This document shows, in pieces, positions 22,996-36,480 of a stretch of DNA of 64,000 nt. The stretch covers positions 23,398,560 to 23,462,559 of the forward strand of contig NC_134027.1 in the NCBI RefSeq assembly GCF_964204645.1, given 5' to 3'. This DNA comes from Tubulanus polymorphus (taxonomy: Eukaryota; Animalia; Nemertea). The notes beneath the pieces are model-generated. The model did no database searches, was not told the DNA's origin, and saw nothing but the letters and a program-made list of their open reading frames with translations. Positions within the stretch are counted from its first letter, which is position 1. Each line of letters starts with the position of its first letter. A program made the position numbers and the translations under genes.

Positions 22996-25900
22996 ATGGC
23001 GATATCTAAAGCAATTCTCGTTCTCGTTTTTTCGCTCGGAAACGCCGTTTTATCAGCCGGCCTAATCGATCCACCTTGGCGCAGCGAATATCTCGACAAG
23101 GCGAATAAATTCAAATTAGAATGGCGAGTCAAAGACGCGAAAGTGCAGTTTCGGGTTTCGGTGCAAACCAACGGCTGGTTCGGGCTCGGTATTTCTCACG
23201 ATTCACGGATGCCCAACAGCGACGTCGTAGTTGGATGGATGAACATAACATCCATGTTTCAAACTGTAGGAAAGTTGGTCGTAAGTATTGTGAAAGCATG
23301 AAAATGATGTTGTAATTTTGCATATAATATCTATATATTTGATGAAAAATTTTGCGCCGATTTCGGAAGAATCGTGTTAACCCGGTGTAGAATAAATACA
23401 ACGATACAAATAGTACTTTATTGGTTAACTAGTTTATTTGACCAACGAGCTTTCGTTGCTAGTGCATAATAGCTTCATCAGGTACTCATTCGCCTGGTGA
23501 AGCCACAATAAACTAGAAGCGAAAGCTCGTGCTTCATATAAACTTATAGTGAACCTATAAAGTACTATTCGTATCGTTTTAAATATCTACTTGCTTCGTT
23601 TATTTCTGCATAACTAAACGAATATGAAACCGATTTCAGGATGCTCATACGGGACCGAGCAATAGCAAACCAGTTGCAGATACAGATTCCAATTGGTTCC
23701 TTACCGAAGCCGCTTACACCAATCAGCGACTGAATTTCAGCTTTCATAGATTACTGAAAACTAACGACAGCAAACAAGACATAGAAATCAAACATGTAAG
23801 TGATATCTTTATCAATAATAGCAGTTACATCCCCATCGAACTGAGAACCGAGAGGTTACCGTGCGTATCTGACTCAATATGTTGGAACTCCTGCAAAGGC
23901 TATGATCGATAGCGGAAAACGTAGACCACAAAATAAACCCCTAAATACGTATTTTGGCCATCTTCAGCAGTATCGTGTAGAAAGATCACAGTAACTACGT
24001 CTCTGTAAAGTCGGATCAGTGGTTCACTGACAGCACTGGGCTGTCACACGGAAGCTTTCTTTCGTTCATTGAATCTTTGTTTATAGTCAAATGCTTGCTG
24101 TGTGATACATTCGAACTTGAATTTGAGCGCTATTTAGACCAGAGGTTCGCCCCTCGAGTAGGGAATGTACATGTTTTGTTCTTCTACAAATACCAGCACG
24201 GGCACAGGATATGTCAATGGATGAATGACCCGAACCAAGGAGATTACAACATCATTCATAATATCTATACAAATTCGCGGCTAATTGATCGAAGAAAAGT
24301 TTGCAGTTCTGGGCTTAAAAATAAGATACTGGTACCTCAAATACCACGCTTATGTCGAATGATGAGGGTTATTTAGACGCGTCGTCGAAAGGGAAATCTA
24401 TACAGATGCCCAGGTCCAAGAAACGATATAGGCCTGCTAGTTTCAAAAGTGGTTTTGTAGGAATAAAAAGATTTAGCAAAATATCAGGGTAATGCTTTTA
24501 CACGATTGACCTACATTTCCAAATAGGAATTTCCTTTATCGAAAACAACAAGTCGAATAATCAAATTCGTCGAAGCCATTTTTCATGATATTTCAAACCA
24601 CGTCAGAGGGCTCGAAAGGGTCTGTCTAGGAATGTTTAATTCTTATTTGAATTGATATTGTTCATATGGCGTGGATATCTGATAACGACGTTTAAAACCA
24701 GTTTTCCTGTCGATTCCATTCAGGAAATATTTTATGCTTCCTAAAGTATAATATCGTTTCCTTTTGAAATCATGTCTTCGTGATATTTCGTAGCAGGAAT
24801 CTTTTATGAACGACCGTCTTTAACTTGAGCTTATGCGTTTATGATGTCGTCGTAAGGACATTGATTTATTACTCATTTACCATACATTTTTTCCAGCCAT
24901 ATTGATCTTCGCGTTCCAGAGTACAGAAAAGTTCACCACTTATATCTTAATACGTTTATGTTCATCCTTTCGAAACGTGCAGATAGATATGACGGACTTT
25001 TCTGCACCTCCAAAACTCGCAGATAAAACTGGCTGGGAAATGAACATGAGGACATATTATAGATAAAGATAGATATTTATTTTTCGTAAACCGTACATAC
25101 AACATAATTGATAATCGATACTATTGTTTTATTTTTCATAAATACATGATGTAGATTTCAATTTCTCTTTTACTATTTCAGGGAATGACACACGTAATCT
25201 GGGCGTATTCAGATAATAGACCTTCGTCATTGCAATCGATTTCATACCATGGAACCACCAGAGGCCACAAGTCCATCGAGATCTTGCCAGCGGTAACATT
25301 CATCTACATATCATTGATCTGATTTAAAAAGATGAAATTATTTACTTTGTCTAGTAAGGCCAGTTGCATAGATAGATATTTATCAATAGTCGGAAGATCA
25401 ACTTATTTCTGCAGCAAATATAACAACTTAAGACTAGTCTTTATTTTTTATATTTACGACCAAGACTTGAGTCTCAATTGTGAAACTGGGCCCAGTTTTA
25501 TTCAAGATTTACACAGTGCTGGGTTGTTGGATTCCGTTTATCTATAGTTGGATATATTTTCATTTTCTTGTTAACAGAATCCGACGCCTGAACCAACACC
25601 AGAGCCGACGCCTGAACCATCAACATCAGAGCCCAGCCCTTCGACACAATACCCGCGAAAAGTGTACCTCGGCAACAAAAAGGAATACCTACTGGAATGG
25701 AGATACGACGGAAAAGAAATGAAAGGTGGTACAATAACATTCCGAGTCACTGTCAAAACTACGGGCTACGTGGGCTTCGGGCTGTCCCAAAACGGTGCCA
25801 TGAAAGGATCGGATATAGTTATCGGCTGGGTAACCAACGGCAAAGCGCAACTCTACGTAAGAAAGAGCTGTCAAATATGTTTTCCATCGATCTGAATTTC

Positions 25901-28900
25901 AAGTCCAACGAAAATATATCGTGGCTGATTCAGGCCATACTAAAAATAGCGAAACGCGAGCAAGAAACAAATATTTATACAACAATTTTTTCTCGCGCGA
26001 TCAATTAGTTTAGTTTTCGAACTTCTAAATTTTTCGCGTCGGAAAACACAATTTTTGTGGCTAGAAAAGCGATATCTTTGAATATTCCATAACCCACCAG
26101 AGAAAACAAAACTTTATGATTGCTCGCGCGAAAAAACAAAAAGAAATGTGAGCACGTAATTTGCCTACCGAATCAACCACCATAGAAAATGTTTAACTTT
26201 TTACAATTTCATTTTTTGCAGGATATGCACGGTATCGGGAACGAAATACCACTACAGGACAAGAAAAACAACTGGAACCTGATAGAGGGTAATGAAGAGA
26301 ATGGCTATACACAACTAACGTTTTCTCGCAATCTAGATACGTGTGATGAAGGAGAAGATATTAAGATTGAGGTAAAGGCGAAAAATGAATGCAATTGGTG
26401 GAGTACTGTAGATGCAAGCTATTGTCAGTTACCGATTTTTCAGTAGCTCAACAGAAGTTGAAGATCGAGGAAGCATCCGGGTAAAGCCAGGGGCGAACTT
26501 CGGTCTTCGTATTTAGTCGTTGATTAGCGGTCGGAACTTTTAAAATCGATCGCGCTACGCGGTTCGGTATAATTGCATGTCACGGTGTGTGTCGGCCATC
26601 TTGGAACTCGGTCCTGACATTCCGATTCACTTAGTTCGCAAATAGTCGACTAACTCCGATAACTGATGTTCGCCCAGGTGTAGGTTGACCAACCAGTCGA
26701 CGAGTCGCACATGTACGTTCCCAGTCCTAACATACGCTGTTCAAAGACTCTTGTCGCACACTGTCGCTGAGAAGATCTCAGTTGCAACCTGACGCAAGTC
26801 GACCTACGCGCACGACTCCTTTTTCGGCAGAGTGATCTTGGAATTTTCTACCCAAGACTTTTTGTTTAGAAAATGATGAAATTAGTGAATATATTTCATT
26901 ACTTTTAATCTAAACCATGAAAGTGCTCAGAATGCATCTAATTTTTCAAAATGTTCTGGAGGAGCAAACACCCAGTCCCCGCCCCATATGTTAGTGGCCC
27001 GAGTAAGTAGTGCGCGCCCCCTTTTCCCAATAGCTAGATCCGTCCCTGATATACGGACCCCTGACCTGTTTTTTCTAGGGCGGTGTATATAAAGCAAAGG
27101 CGTATCATGCATCTGCAAGTACTTTTCTACCAATAAATCATTCTCCTTTAATATTGTGAATGAACTAATGACCCATCCTAATGAAAGGTGTTTCTTTTTT
27201 CATTCAACGTCGCCCGGATGTTCATCAGTCTGGAGCAATAAAAATCATATTCTCATTCAACAACGAAGACCCAATCGATATCGGCAATGCTAGATACCAC
27301 GGGTCTAACCGAGGTGTACGTACTCTGTATTTACTGGATGAACCTGAACCGACCGTCAAGCCAGGACCTGACGTCAAAATCTACGACTTGCGGCCACGTA
27401 AGGTACAATATGTAATATAGTTCACTATGAGTTCGATTCTGAATTTATTCATGTTCAAGAAGGCATATTTTGCTACCACAATTAATTGCAAAATAGTAGC
27501 TCGTGACATGCTCTATGATTGTAACGAGTTTCAAGGTTATTGGCCCTTAACATATTCACTAGGGGCGTTTGGCACTGAAATATTCTGATTGTTGAACATT
27601 TCAAGCCACTTCCCATGTGGGCGTGGTTTCCTTGGGCCCCTAATTCATTCAGTGTGATATTTTATAGATTCAAATTCAACCCACATAAGGAAAGTTGATC
27701 TAAATTGTATTTTTCTGTACGTCGTTTTTCTATAGGTAGCCCTTACCTCCGCCAAGACTACTTATTATTGCTCGTTTGTTAAGATGCAGTTACCGGTTGG
27801 GCAGATATTCCACGCATTAAAGGTAATATCAGGTTTTTTTATGAGCGAGGGGTTTATAAAATTAGTAAACATGATAAAATTATGAGTTTTACCGTGGAGC
27901 GATGGGGCCAAGAGGCTAGAACGTTCGCCTCTGGGAATCCAGGTCGTGGGTTCGAACCCCGTACAGTACCGCAGTGTCCTCGGACTAGACACTTATCCTC
28001 ATTGCCTCTCTCCACACAGGAGTAAATGGGTAACTGGCCTGATAGATGACTCCTGTGCGCTTGTTAGCCGCTCACTGTTACTTATCCGCAGGGAGAGATG
28101 ACTGATACATGTTAGAGTATTAAATGGCCGGGGTAATAATGCCAAAAAAGTTAAGCGCTCTGAGCAGCCTGGATTTATATGTGTCTAATAATAGCGTTCA
28201 ACGCTATTATTAGACACATATTATCATTATTATTGTCTTTATTATTTACCGAATTTTGGTGCCATGCAAGTTATTTATTGAATACCACATCCGTCTCTGA
28301 TGTTATCTTATTTTCAATTTTGATTTCCAGTTGCGACACAATGTCGTTAAAGGCAACGAACTTATCGTTCACCACGTGCTTGTCTACAGATGTCCAGCGG
28401 GAATGTACAACGATTCCCTATTGAATGTACACGGTGAATGCAGTTCAATGATCGAGCATAGACTTGCCTGCCGCGATATTCTGGCTGCTTTCGCTGTCGG
28501 TTCACATGTACGTATAAACGACCAAATAAGACTTACTTTTTACATTTTTGACCCCGTGAACGCCGTTACAATAATTCTATTCAACGGCTATGCGTTATTC
28601 AAGGGGTTCTGTGTTAGTCGATGTGGACTACGTCATCTATGTTGGTGTTACAAAATAAACAAATAAACTATATTTGAATGTAGTTGCTTTTTGTAATTGA
28701 ATAAAATTCATAAATCTTGCTAAGTTTAAAACCCACACAATTTGAAAGATTAAAATCGAATTTTGATTTTCAATCATTAGAATAGAAATACACGACTCGG
28801 ACTCTATCAGTCAAGCTATTCTACTTTCATAACTAATTTTCAATTCAATGAATATCCTTATCTTTTGCATATTGCATTTTTGAGTGAATGTGCAATACCT

Positions 28901-31900
28901 CATTGATTAGTGGGGCTAGGCGGCTTGCCGGTCCCAATTCAATTCAAATTCGGATTTAAGATAACTTTATTGATCCATAATATATATCGTTATTCGTTAT
29001 CGATATCCGTTGAATTGCGTATCAATATCTAATAAGGTTACGGGGGAAACTTGAACTTGTCACATTTCTTATTGAAGGAAACGTCCTTTCCCGAAAACGT
29101 CGGCATGCCGATTGGTGGCGCTGCTGATTCCATGTACTTCATGTTCGAAACCCATTATGACAACCCGGAGAAAAGAACTGGTAAAATCGAATTTGACCTT
29201 TGTCATTGATATAAAGATTATCAAAAATAGTTCTAGAAGTTTGGGTGTTTTTTTTAAATATATTTTTCAAGATATCGTCGATGATTCGAGCATTGAGATT
29301 ACGTATACAAGTAAACTACGTCAACACGAAGCTGGAACGATATTCATGGGATCAAGCTTCTTGAGTCCTATAGCGATCGTTGTACCGCCTCGTCAGAAGA
29401 AATTTCTTGTTCGAGGAGTATGTTCAAATTCGTGTTTAAGTAAGGTAAGTGATGTGTTAGATTGCTTTCACAAGAGAAATACATGATAAATTTTAGCGAA
29501 ATTCGACTTATTCGAGTTTTTCGTTTGTTTTGGCACGGGTGCCAAAACGGAATTACATTTCGGCGGGGGGCGCAAAAACAAAAGTTATTTTCGATGGGAG
29601 CGCCATAAAGGAAAATTCTTTGTTTTGGTGCGCCAATAACGCAATTTCACAGGGAATTCCACGTTCTTTTCGTTTTGGCGCCCTCATCAGGAATTTTACT
29701 GAATTTTTAGTGAATATATATATATAGGAATATATATAGAAGCGCTACAGAAATAAAATCACTATTGAAATTTCTATTTCAAAAGGTTGCACCACTAGGA
29801 CTAGTCGACTAGTGGTCGGAACTAATAATCGAACGCAATTAGTTCGGTCGTAACATATTTCACAGTGTCGGCCATCTTTGAACTAAGTCTAAACTTACAG
29901 CTACGGCGCTCAATCCCAGGTGAACTTCGGTTATCGGTCGTTAGTTAGTCGACTATTTGCGAACTAAGTGAAACCGAACGTCAGTTAGTCGGAACTATGG
30001 TCTCGAAACGGTCGAACGCAGGACTTTCGTTTTCTGTCTGTCGTTACCGAAAAGTGGTGTAAGCGGGTTACTGATAAAAGAGGCCTCGACGACTGGATTT
30101 TCCGTAGAAACAGCGACAATATCCTCACCGTTGACTGTTCAACATCCAGGATAGCAACCTGAATATCAAATAACAAAGCGAGCATGAACATTATGATCAT
30201 GAAGTTATTATCACATTAACCTTATTCTTACAATGACCAGGCAAAACTGATCTGGTCAGCTGATATCAGGTGTTCCTGAGAGGGCAGCACAATACAACCA
30301 TGAAACAAGTTATTAGCTGGAATAAAAATACTGGCTACCACATGTCGAAGAACTTTTTCATTCGCACATCTTTTGTTTTATATTTCAGGTTTTAAACAAG
30401 TACTCGGACCAGAAAGAGATTCACATTTTTTCCGTATTAGGACACGCCCATTTACTGGGTGCAGGCATACGCACTCGTCATTTCCGTGACGGATATGAGT
30501 TGCCATGGATACTCAACGACATGACCTACGACTTCAACTATCAAACATGGCGACCGCTGAAAAAATACTTGACAATTAAATCGGTAATTATCGAGTTTTT
30601 TTAAGCCAATTGGTGAATGAAGAGGTTTTCAGTGAGTGACCACATTCAGTAAAATGCAGTAATTCAATATAGTTAATGAAGAGATATGTTATATAAATAC
30701 CAATAACTATTACATTTTTTGCGCGCTAAGAGTTGGTGATGTCATTTCTAGGCAATCAGATATCCCGTTCTATTTCATCAGTTCGGAATTTCCCATGTAT
30801 GGTTCTTCCGTGAAATTTGCCTCAGCAAGCTGATTTGTGCCGCAGGTTTTAGCGCGGTAAACCTACGCATGTACCTGCGCACCCAGTCTAGTGTGGCAGG
30901 GTTTCGTGACGTGGCTGAGTGTAGCGATGCCATCGGGTTCAAAGCCCTGCCGACGGATGATGTAGAAAATTAGATTTTTACTGTTTTTTGGTTTCTTTTA
31001 TGAGCCATCACCTGAACTCCCCAAAAACGCGCAAAATAAATGTAATAGTTATTTTTGCTCGCTAAAATGTTGTTATTTTCACGGTAAGTTTCGTTTTTGC
31101 GCGTTTTCGTGGAGGATGAAAATATTACATGTCCAGATTCAGCCATCATCGGGCTCTGACATTCAGCAGAGTATACATACTTCAATAAATGCGATATATG
31201 TATTTTGTTGCACTGTATTTTCAATTGCTTTCTTTTATAATGCGATCAGACTGACACCGTTGTTACTGACTGCTACTATAATTCGGAAAATAGACAGAAC
31301 GTTACATTCGTAAGTATCAAACGAAATGAAGTAATAATGATTAGTAATGATAATATATCAATGGAGTACCGAATAATATCAATGGCAGACGAGGATCGGT
31401 CAGGTTCATATCATATCATATCATATCATATTTATTTTCTGAATAATTTACATCAATGTATAAAAGATATATAAGACTTACATTAAAAAAGTACTTTAAG
31501 TGATTTATTGTTTTGCATGGATGCATACATATTGCATATATGATTACCGCGCTACAATTTCTTCTACATTTCAATTAAATTTGAATCAACTTTTCTCATT
31601 AGTAAATCGATTTCCAATAGAACTGTACCATACACTTACTGGGAACGTCAATCTCATATCTTTGTGATGACTTGTTTGACAAATTGCAATAATTTGGGAA
31701 CCAATACGCCCAGTTCAAAGTTAATTGAAAATGAACTAACTTTCTCTATGTATAACTGAGTGTATTATTACGCCATCTGGTGTGTGCCGGTATCCCATAA
31801 GAATAGTCGATAGTAATGAGACCATTTGGAAAAGTATCAAGGTATATCGGCAACAGTTGCCGCTGTTAAGAGCTAAAATTTCATGTTTTTAAATTTTTTA

Positions 31901-33437
31901 TATTCAAGTCAAACTCGAGGGTGGGGGTAAAGAAAATCACATATAACTTGTTATATTTTCAATGGTTACCGTTGTGAATTTCTTTTTATTCGATTTAAAA
32001 GGCTGGCGAAGGAACCGAGGAAGAAATGTGTTATTCAGTGTTCATGTACTACCCGAAAATACCGATGGCGACTTGCGAAAGTACCGCCGATACAACTACA
32101 CCCGCCATGCAAAACTTCAACTGGGCGATGAAAATGGGCCAGTAAGTGCATTGTCTTCGTTATTTCAGGAGCCGTATTTACACATGAAGACTGGTAGTAA
32201 TTTTAGGTTAACAAGATGATAGACGTGATCTAAATTTTACGTCGATATCAAGGTCACTGGTTACCTGGGCCACCTTCGGTTGATTTAGAAACCGAATGTC
32301 CGTTAGTCGGAACTGTAGTCCGGAAATGGTCGACCACGCAATTGAGCACGGTCGCTACAGTTCGGACCTAGGTTCAAGATGGCCGACACTGTGTAATACG
32401 TTACGACTGAACTATAGTGTGTTCGGTTATTAGTTCCGACCACTAGTCGACTAGCTACGAAAACCGAAGTTGGCCCAGCAGAATGTTCAAACTTCGTGTA
32501 CCAAACATTTTCTTGTAGTTTTATGGGTCTTTGTTCATTAGAAATGCATATAAATTGACTTTGAAATTAAAGTCAATGTATAAACAAAGATTTATTGCCC
32601 ATGAAGAATTCATCGTCAATAGAAATAGTCCTCGGTTAAAGGGTTTTAAGTCAAACAGAAGTTCCATGCGTAAATTCCGCGTATCTTAAGTACCGTCATC
32701 GAAAGTCTCTACTTTTATTTACCAAGCCGAGAAGAAAATTTGATAACTACTTCCCCTTCTTTTTTAAAGGCACCACTTATCTGAAATCAAACAAGATATA
32801 GAATACAGTTTGATATATATTTGAGTCAGATTTGAGATGATATGCAGATTTTCATTTTCTATTCATTATCTCACAATTTTTAGCGTAAACTGGATGAATT
32901 CGACAGAGGTTACCGCGAAAATGAAGAAACTGTACGAATCGAAGGATACATGGGCCGATCAGTCCGCTATAGATTACTTCCAGAAACGACTCCTTGATAC
33001 CGATTATTACCCATTCTGTCGCGCTGAAGGTTCATTTCTAGTACGTTTCAAATCGATTTCTTAAATTGAACCTCAAATGGTATAGATCAGATTCTTTGAG
33101 TCCCCTCTGTCTTCTATGGTATTTTCTATACTAATGGTTGCCCCATGAGCTCCAACTGGAATCAACCAAACTCTCGCAAGTGACGATGTCCATACATAAA
33201 ACAAAATCAAGGGATTTGAAAACGTTGAAGATCGAAAATAGATTGATACATGAATCAAATGTATTTTTTCTTTTTCAGGCCAGTCCGTTTGAAAAGTTAA
33301 AATTTGAAATGAAACAGAAATACGAGCCGTTGCGACGAGACACTTGTGGGACGATGGTCTCTCCCGCTACCCGAATTCATGCTTCGTTCACTGCTGTTAT
33401 TCTGATGTCCGTCCTAACCTTGATTCCACGTGCCTGA
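22996..33437 (+). CDS. MOXD1: DBH/MOXD1-like monooxygenase with two DOMON domains, copy C (about 801 aa)
   Basis: Exons 22996-23280, 23640-23795, 25182-25292, 25578-25856, 26222-26371, 27229-27402, 27736-27822, 28331-28507, 29078-29180, 29272-29444, 30389-30583, 31250-31309, 32002-32141, 32884-33040, 33279-33437. Same exon sizes as copy B; no stops seen; Cu ligands intact. Confidence 0.9.
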
Positions 33438-34045
33438 AGATGTTTATACTCCCAGTTACATGAATATCGGTTATCTATCCATATACACCGCTCAAATCTA
33501 CTAATTTCTTGTAATTACTAACAGTTGGTAAATAGTTTGTAAGAATTAAAGTTATTAATTGTATTTATTTATTTATTTATTACTCATCACAGTTTTACAA
33601 ACTAATCCTATTTGCCCACTCTAACTTCATATTTTCTTGTATTCGTACCTATAATATATTGTGTTCGTTTTGAATGTGTGCCACTTCAGGCCTATAACGT
33701 ATTTTTTCTATATTAGGTTTTTCTAGTTATGAATATATGCATGTACTGACTTGCATAAATTGTGTATTTATTCATGTTTTAACTTCGTAACGATGTTTAT
33801 GCAAATAAAGCAAAGTAATCAAACCAAACCTGTCTTTGTCTTCAGAATACACTAAAAATCAATGTTCCTTTAAGTTGCATTCGTTTCAACAACGGCCAGC
33901 TCGGTGTGCACACGTAGCAAGACATATTGTCCGAATCACGAAACCGAAACTTCTTTTGGCTATTTTAGACAGACTGATGATATCCAATAAATGCTGGGTA
34001 AGACAATAGTGGGCAAAAACCTCCCCAGTAAATATTCCCCTTCCA

Positions 34046-34312
34046 TAAGATAATGTAAAAACCCACTATTTAAAAATTAAAAGAAATCTAACATCGAGAA
34101 TGTTTTTATTAAAACAATTTTAAATATAAGAACATGACGTTTCGATCTCACACTAGAGATCATCGTCAGGTGTCATCGTCTATAAACGTCGCGTTCTTAT
34201 ATTTTAAATTGTTTCAATAAATAAATTCTCGATTTTAGATTTCTTTTAATCTTTAGATAGTGGGTTTTTATCTTATCATCTGTTCACCACGTTTGAGTGC
34301 GGTTATCGTACT
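34046..34312 (-). mobile_element. Hairpin retroelement with minimal hammerhead motif (Penelope-like non-autonomous), family H1
   Basis: About 90-bp inverted arms around GACAC-CTGACGA-T-GATCTC-tagtgt-GAGATC-GAA-ACGT-C (minus strand, 34131-34174); flanking direct repeat CTTCCATAA (34040-34048, 34313-34321); second copy at about 55493-55872. Confidence 0.7.
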
Positions 34313-35439
34313 CTTCCATAAATATCCCCTACGCGAAATCCCCCTGGTAAACGTGCCGCAAGTTGCTTTTCACAACGAAATATACGAATATCCTTAAGTT
34401 GATTGTGAACAACTAAGATTTCACATTTTCTATAAATGCTATCTATGCCTATTGACTCTGGATGACTATTCTTTCAATTAAATGTACAATATGACCGCCG
34501 AATGCAGTATGGAATAATTACTCCAGTGACAATATTTTGATTCTATCCGAGTTGAGTGATCTATTGCTCAGTCTGCAGAAGTCACTCGTGGTATCACTCG
34601 TGGTCACTTTTGTTCAAGTCGAATTCTTCTTGATCTATCAATTGGCGATTTATAAAGAACATGTCAAAGCAAAATATTTCTCCAATTCATGCATTTAAAA
34701 TTTTTAGTGGGTTTCCGTCTTTTGTCAGAATGAAAATACGACAAAGGATAAATGAAATTTAGAATAGATGAACTTTAAATTTGTAAAAATTTTCATATTC
34801 AAACTGTGATATATTTGAATTGTGCGGTAAGTTATGTCGATATATATTACACAATGCGAGCCATACATTTTTAGAATAGATGAATTTAGTTCGTGTCAAA
34901 TTTAAGACGTATTATATTTTGACTGTGCAATGAACTCTGTGCGATGTTTTTTTTTCTTGTGATATATTTCAGCTGCGAAACTTTTACTTGGAGATTTCTA
35001 TACTTGCTTTGTAGAATTGTCGATTTTTACTAAGGGGATTATCATCTTGGTGATGTTTACCGCTAACCGGTTAACCTTTACGTCGAAATCAACCTCAGAA
35101 TCATGGGTATATGGGTTGCATATGGGTAAACATTTGACTTTAAAGTTGAATAAATGGAAATGTCATATATCTAGATATCTCTTGCACTGATTATAAACAA
35201 GCCAATGAAATTCTGAAATGTTAAACTCATCATTTTCGACACTTGAGGTTTATATTTTGATTGCAATATGTATTTTGATTCGATGAAACCCACATCTAAA
35301 CGGTGTGTAGAAAGTTGTAGAGACTTCAACAAATATGGTCGAGGACAATGGAGAGAGTGAAATGAATTGAATTTACTCCGACTCGCTGGACGTGAATTTT
35401 CATAGGATATTCAATTTGAGAGTTTGCAGGGCTTATGAG

Positions 35440-36480
35440 ATGTTCGATAACAACATTACTAGCACAATCGCTGCATTGACAACAACTAAACTCAGCCGTT
35501 GTCAGCGGATTCAAACTCAACCATTTCAATGGACGGCTAAATTCAGTGTTCTTGTGTATTTAGGCTGGTATCTACCGGCGTCTGTGCTTGGTTTAATATT
35601 CAACTCATTCACGTTGTTAGTTCTGGAACAATTTAAATCCGATATCTATTTTCTTATCAAAATTCTCGCTTTAAACGATCTTTTGTTTATGATCGCTGCA
35701 TTCATTCTTTACCCGCTGAGAACTGCGTACATTTACGCCGTTTTGGGAGATATGTTGTTTCGCGTAAGCGACTGGAATTTCGGTTGGATTTTTATCAAAG
35801 TCGCCATGCCGTTTTTCTACATGTTTCAGATGACGCGTAACTGGTGCACTATATTGCTCAGTCTAGAGCGGTTAATCGTCGTATTGTTTCCACTAAAATC
35901 TCGTAGATTTCCCAAGAGGTTGATATCACTGTGGGCGATGATGTTTATTGTACTAGTCGCGTTAGGTGGTTTTTCAGTTTACTTGCTACCCTCCCGTCGG
36001 CTTGGATTTATGAACTGCCCCGATAATTGGCCATTCATAACTGTTCGCAAAAAGCCCTTTCAGTACAAGGGAAAACATCTAAAGGCGTGGAACAAGCTTT
36101 CCCAGAACATTTTCTTTCTGTATCTTACTGCTACGTTTCCAATTTGCTTTTTGGTTTTCGTAAATTTAATTCTTATTTCGGCGACATTTTACCGTCGGGT
36201 CACTCGACGTTCAGAGCTCGGTGTTACTGATGAATCGTCAAGAAGGGAAATGAAGGTTTTAAGGATGGTTGTAACAGTAGTTTTGTTGTTTATCATTTGT
36301 GAAGGTTTTGGTTTTATCGACCGTTTAATGAGTTTGGGAATCCGCAAGCTTGTTGGTATGAGACAAATAGCGTTAGGATTTTCTATCGTCGATTCTTCAG
36401 TAAACTTTATCGTGTATTGCGCTACAAATAAAAAATTCAGGAAAGTAGCTGTCGGCATTTTAACCATGAATGCCCGATGA
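35440..36480 (+). CDS. Single-coding-exon rhodopsin-family GPCR, FMRFamide/peptide-receptor-like (about 346 aa)
   Basis: Seven hydrophobic segments; TM2 LALNDL; TM3 NWCTILLSLERL (DRY variant); TM6 LFIICE; TM7 SSVNFIVY; helix 8 KKFR; N-terminal NIT sequon. First in-frame ATG 35440; possible upstream acceptor at 35429. Confidence 0.85.
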   Translation: MFDNNITSTIAALTTTKLSRCQRIQTQPFQWTAKFSVLVYLGWYLPASVLGLIFNSFTLLVLEQFKSDIYFLIKILALNDLLFMIAAFILYPLRTAYIYAVLGDMLFRVSDWNFGWIFIKVAMPFFYMFQMTRNWCTILLSLERLIVVLFPLKSRRFPKRLISLWAMMFIVLVALGGFSVYLLPSRRLGFMNCPDNWPFITVRKKPFQYKGKHLKAWNKLSQNIFFLYLTATFPICFLVFVNLILISATFYRRVTRRSELGVTDESSRREMKVLRMVVTVVLLFIICEGFGFIDRLMSLGIRKLVGMRQIALGFSIVDSSVNFIVYCATNKKFRKVAVGILTMNAR

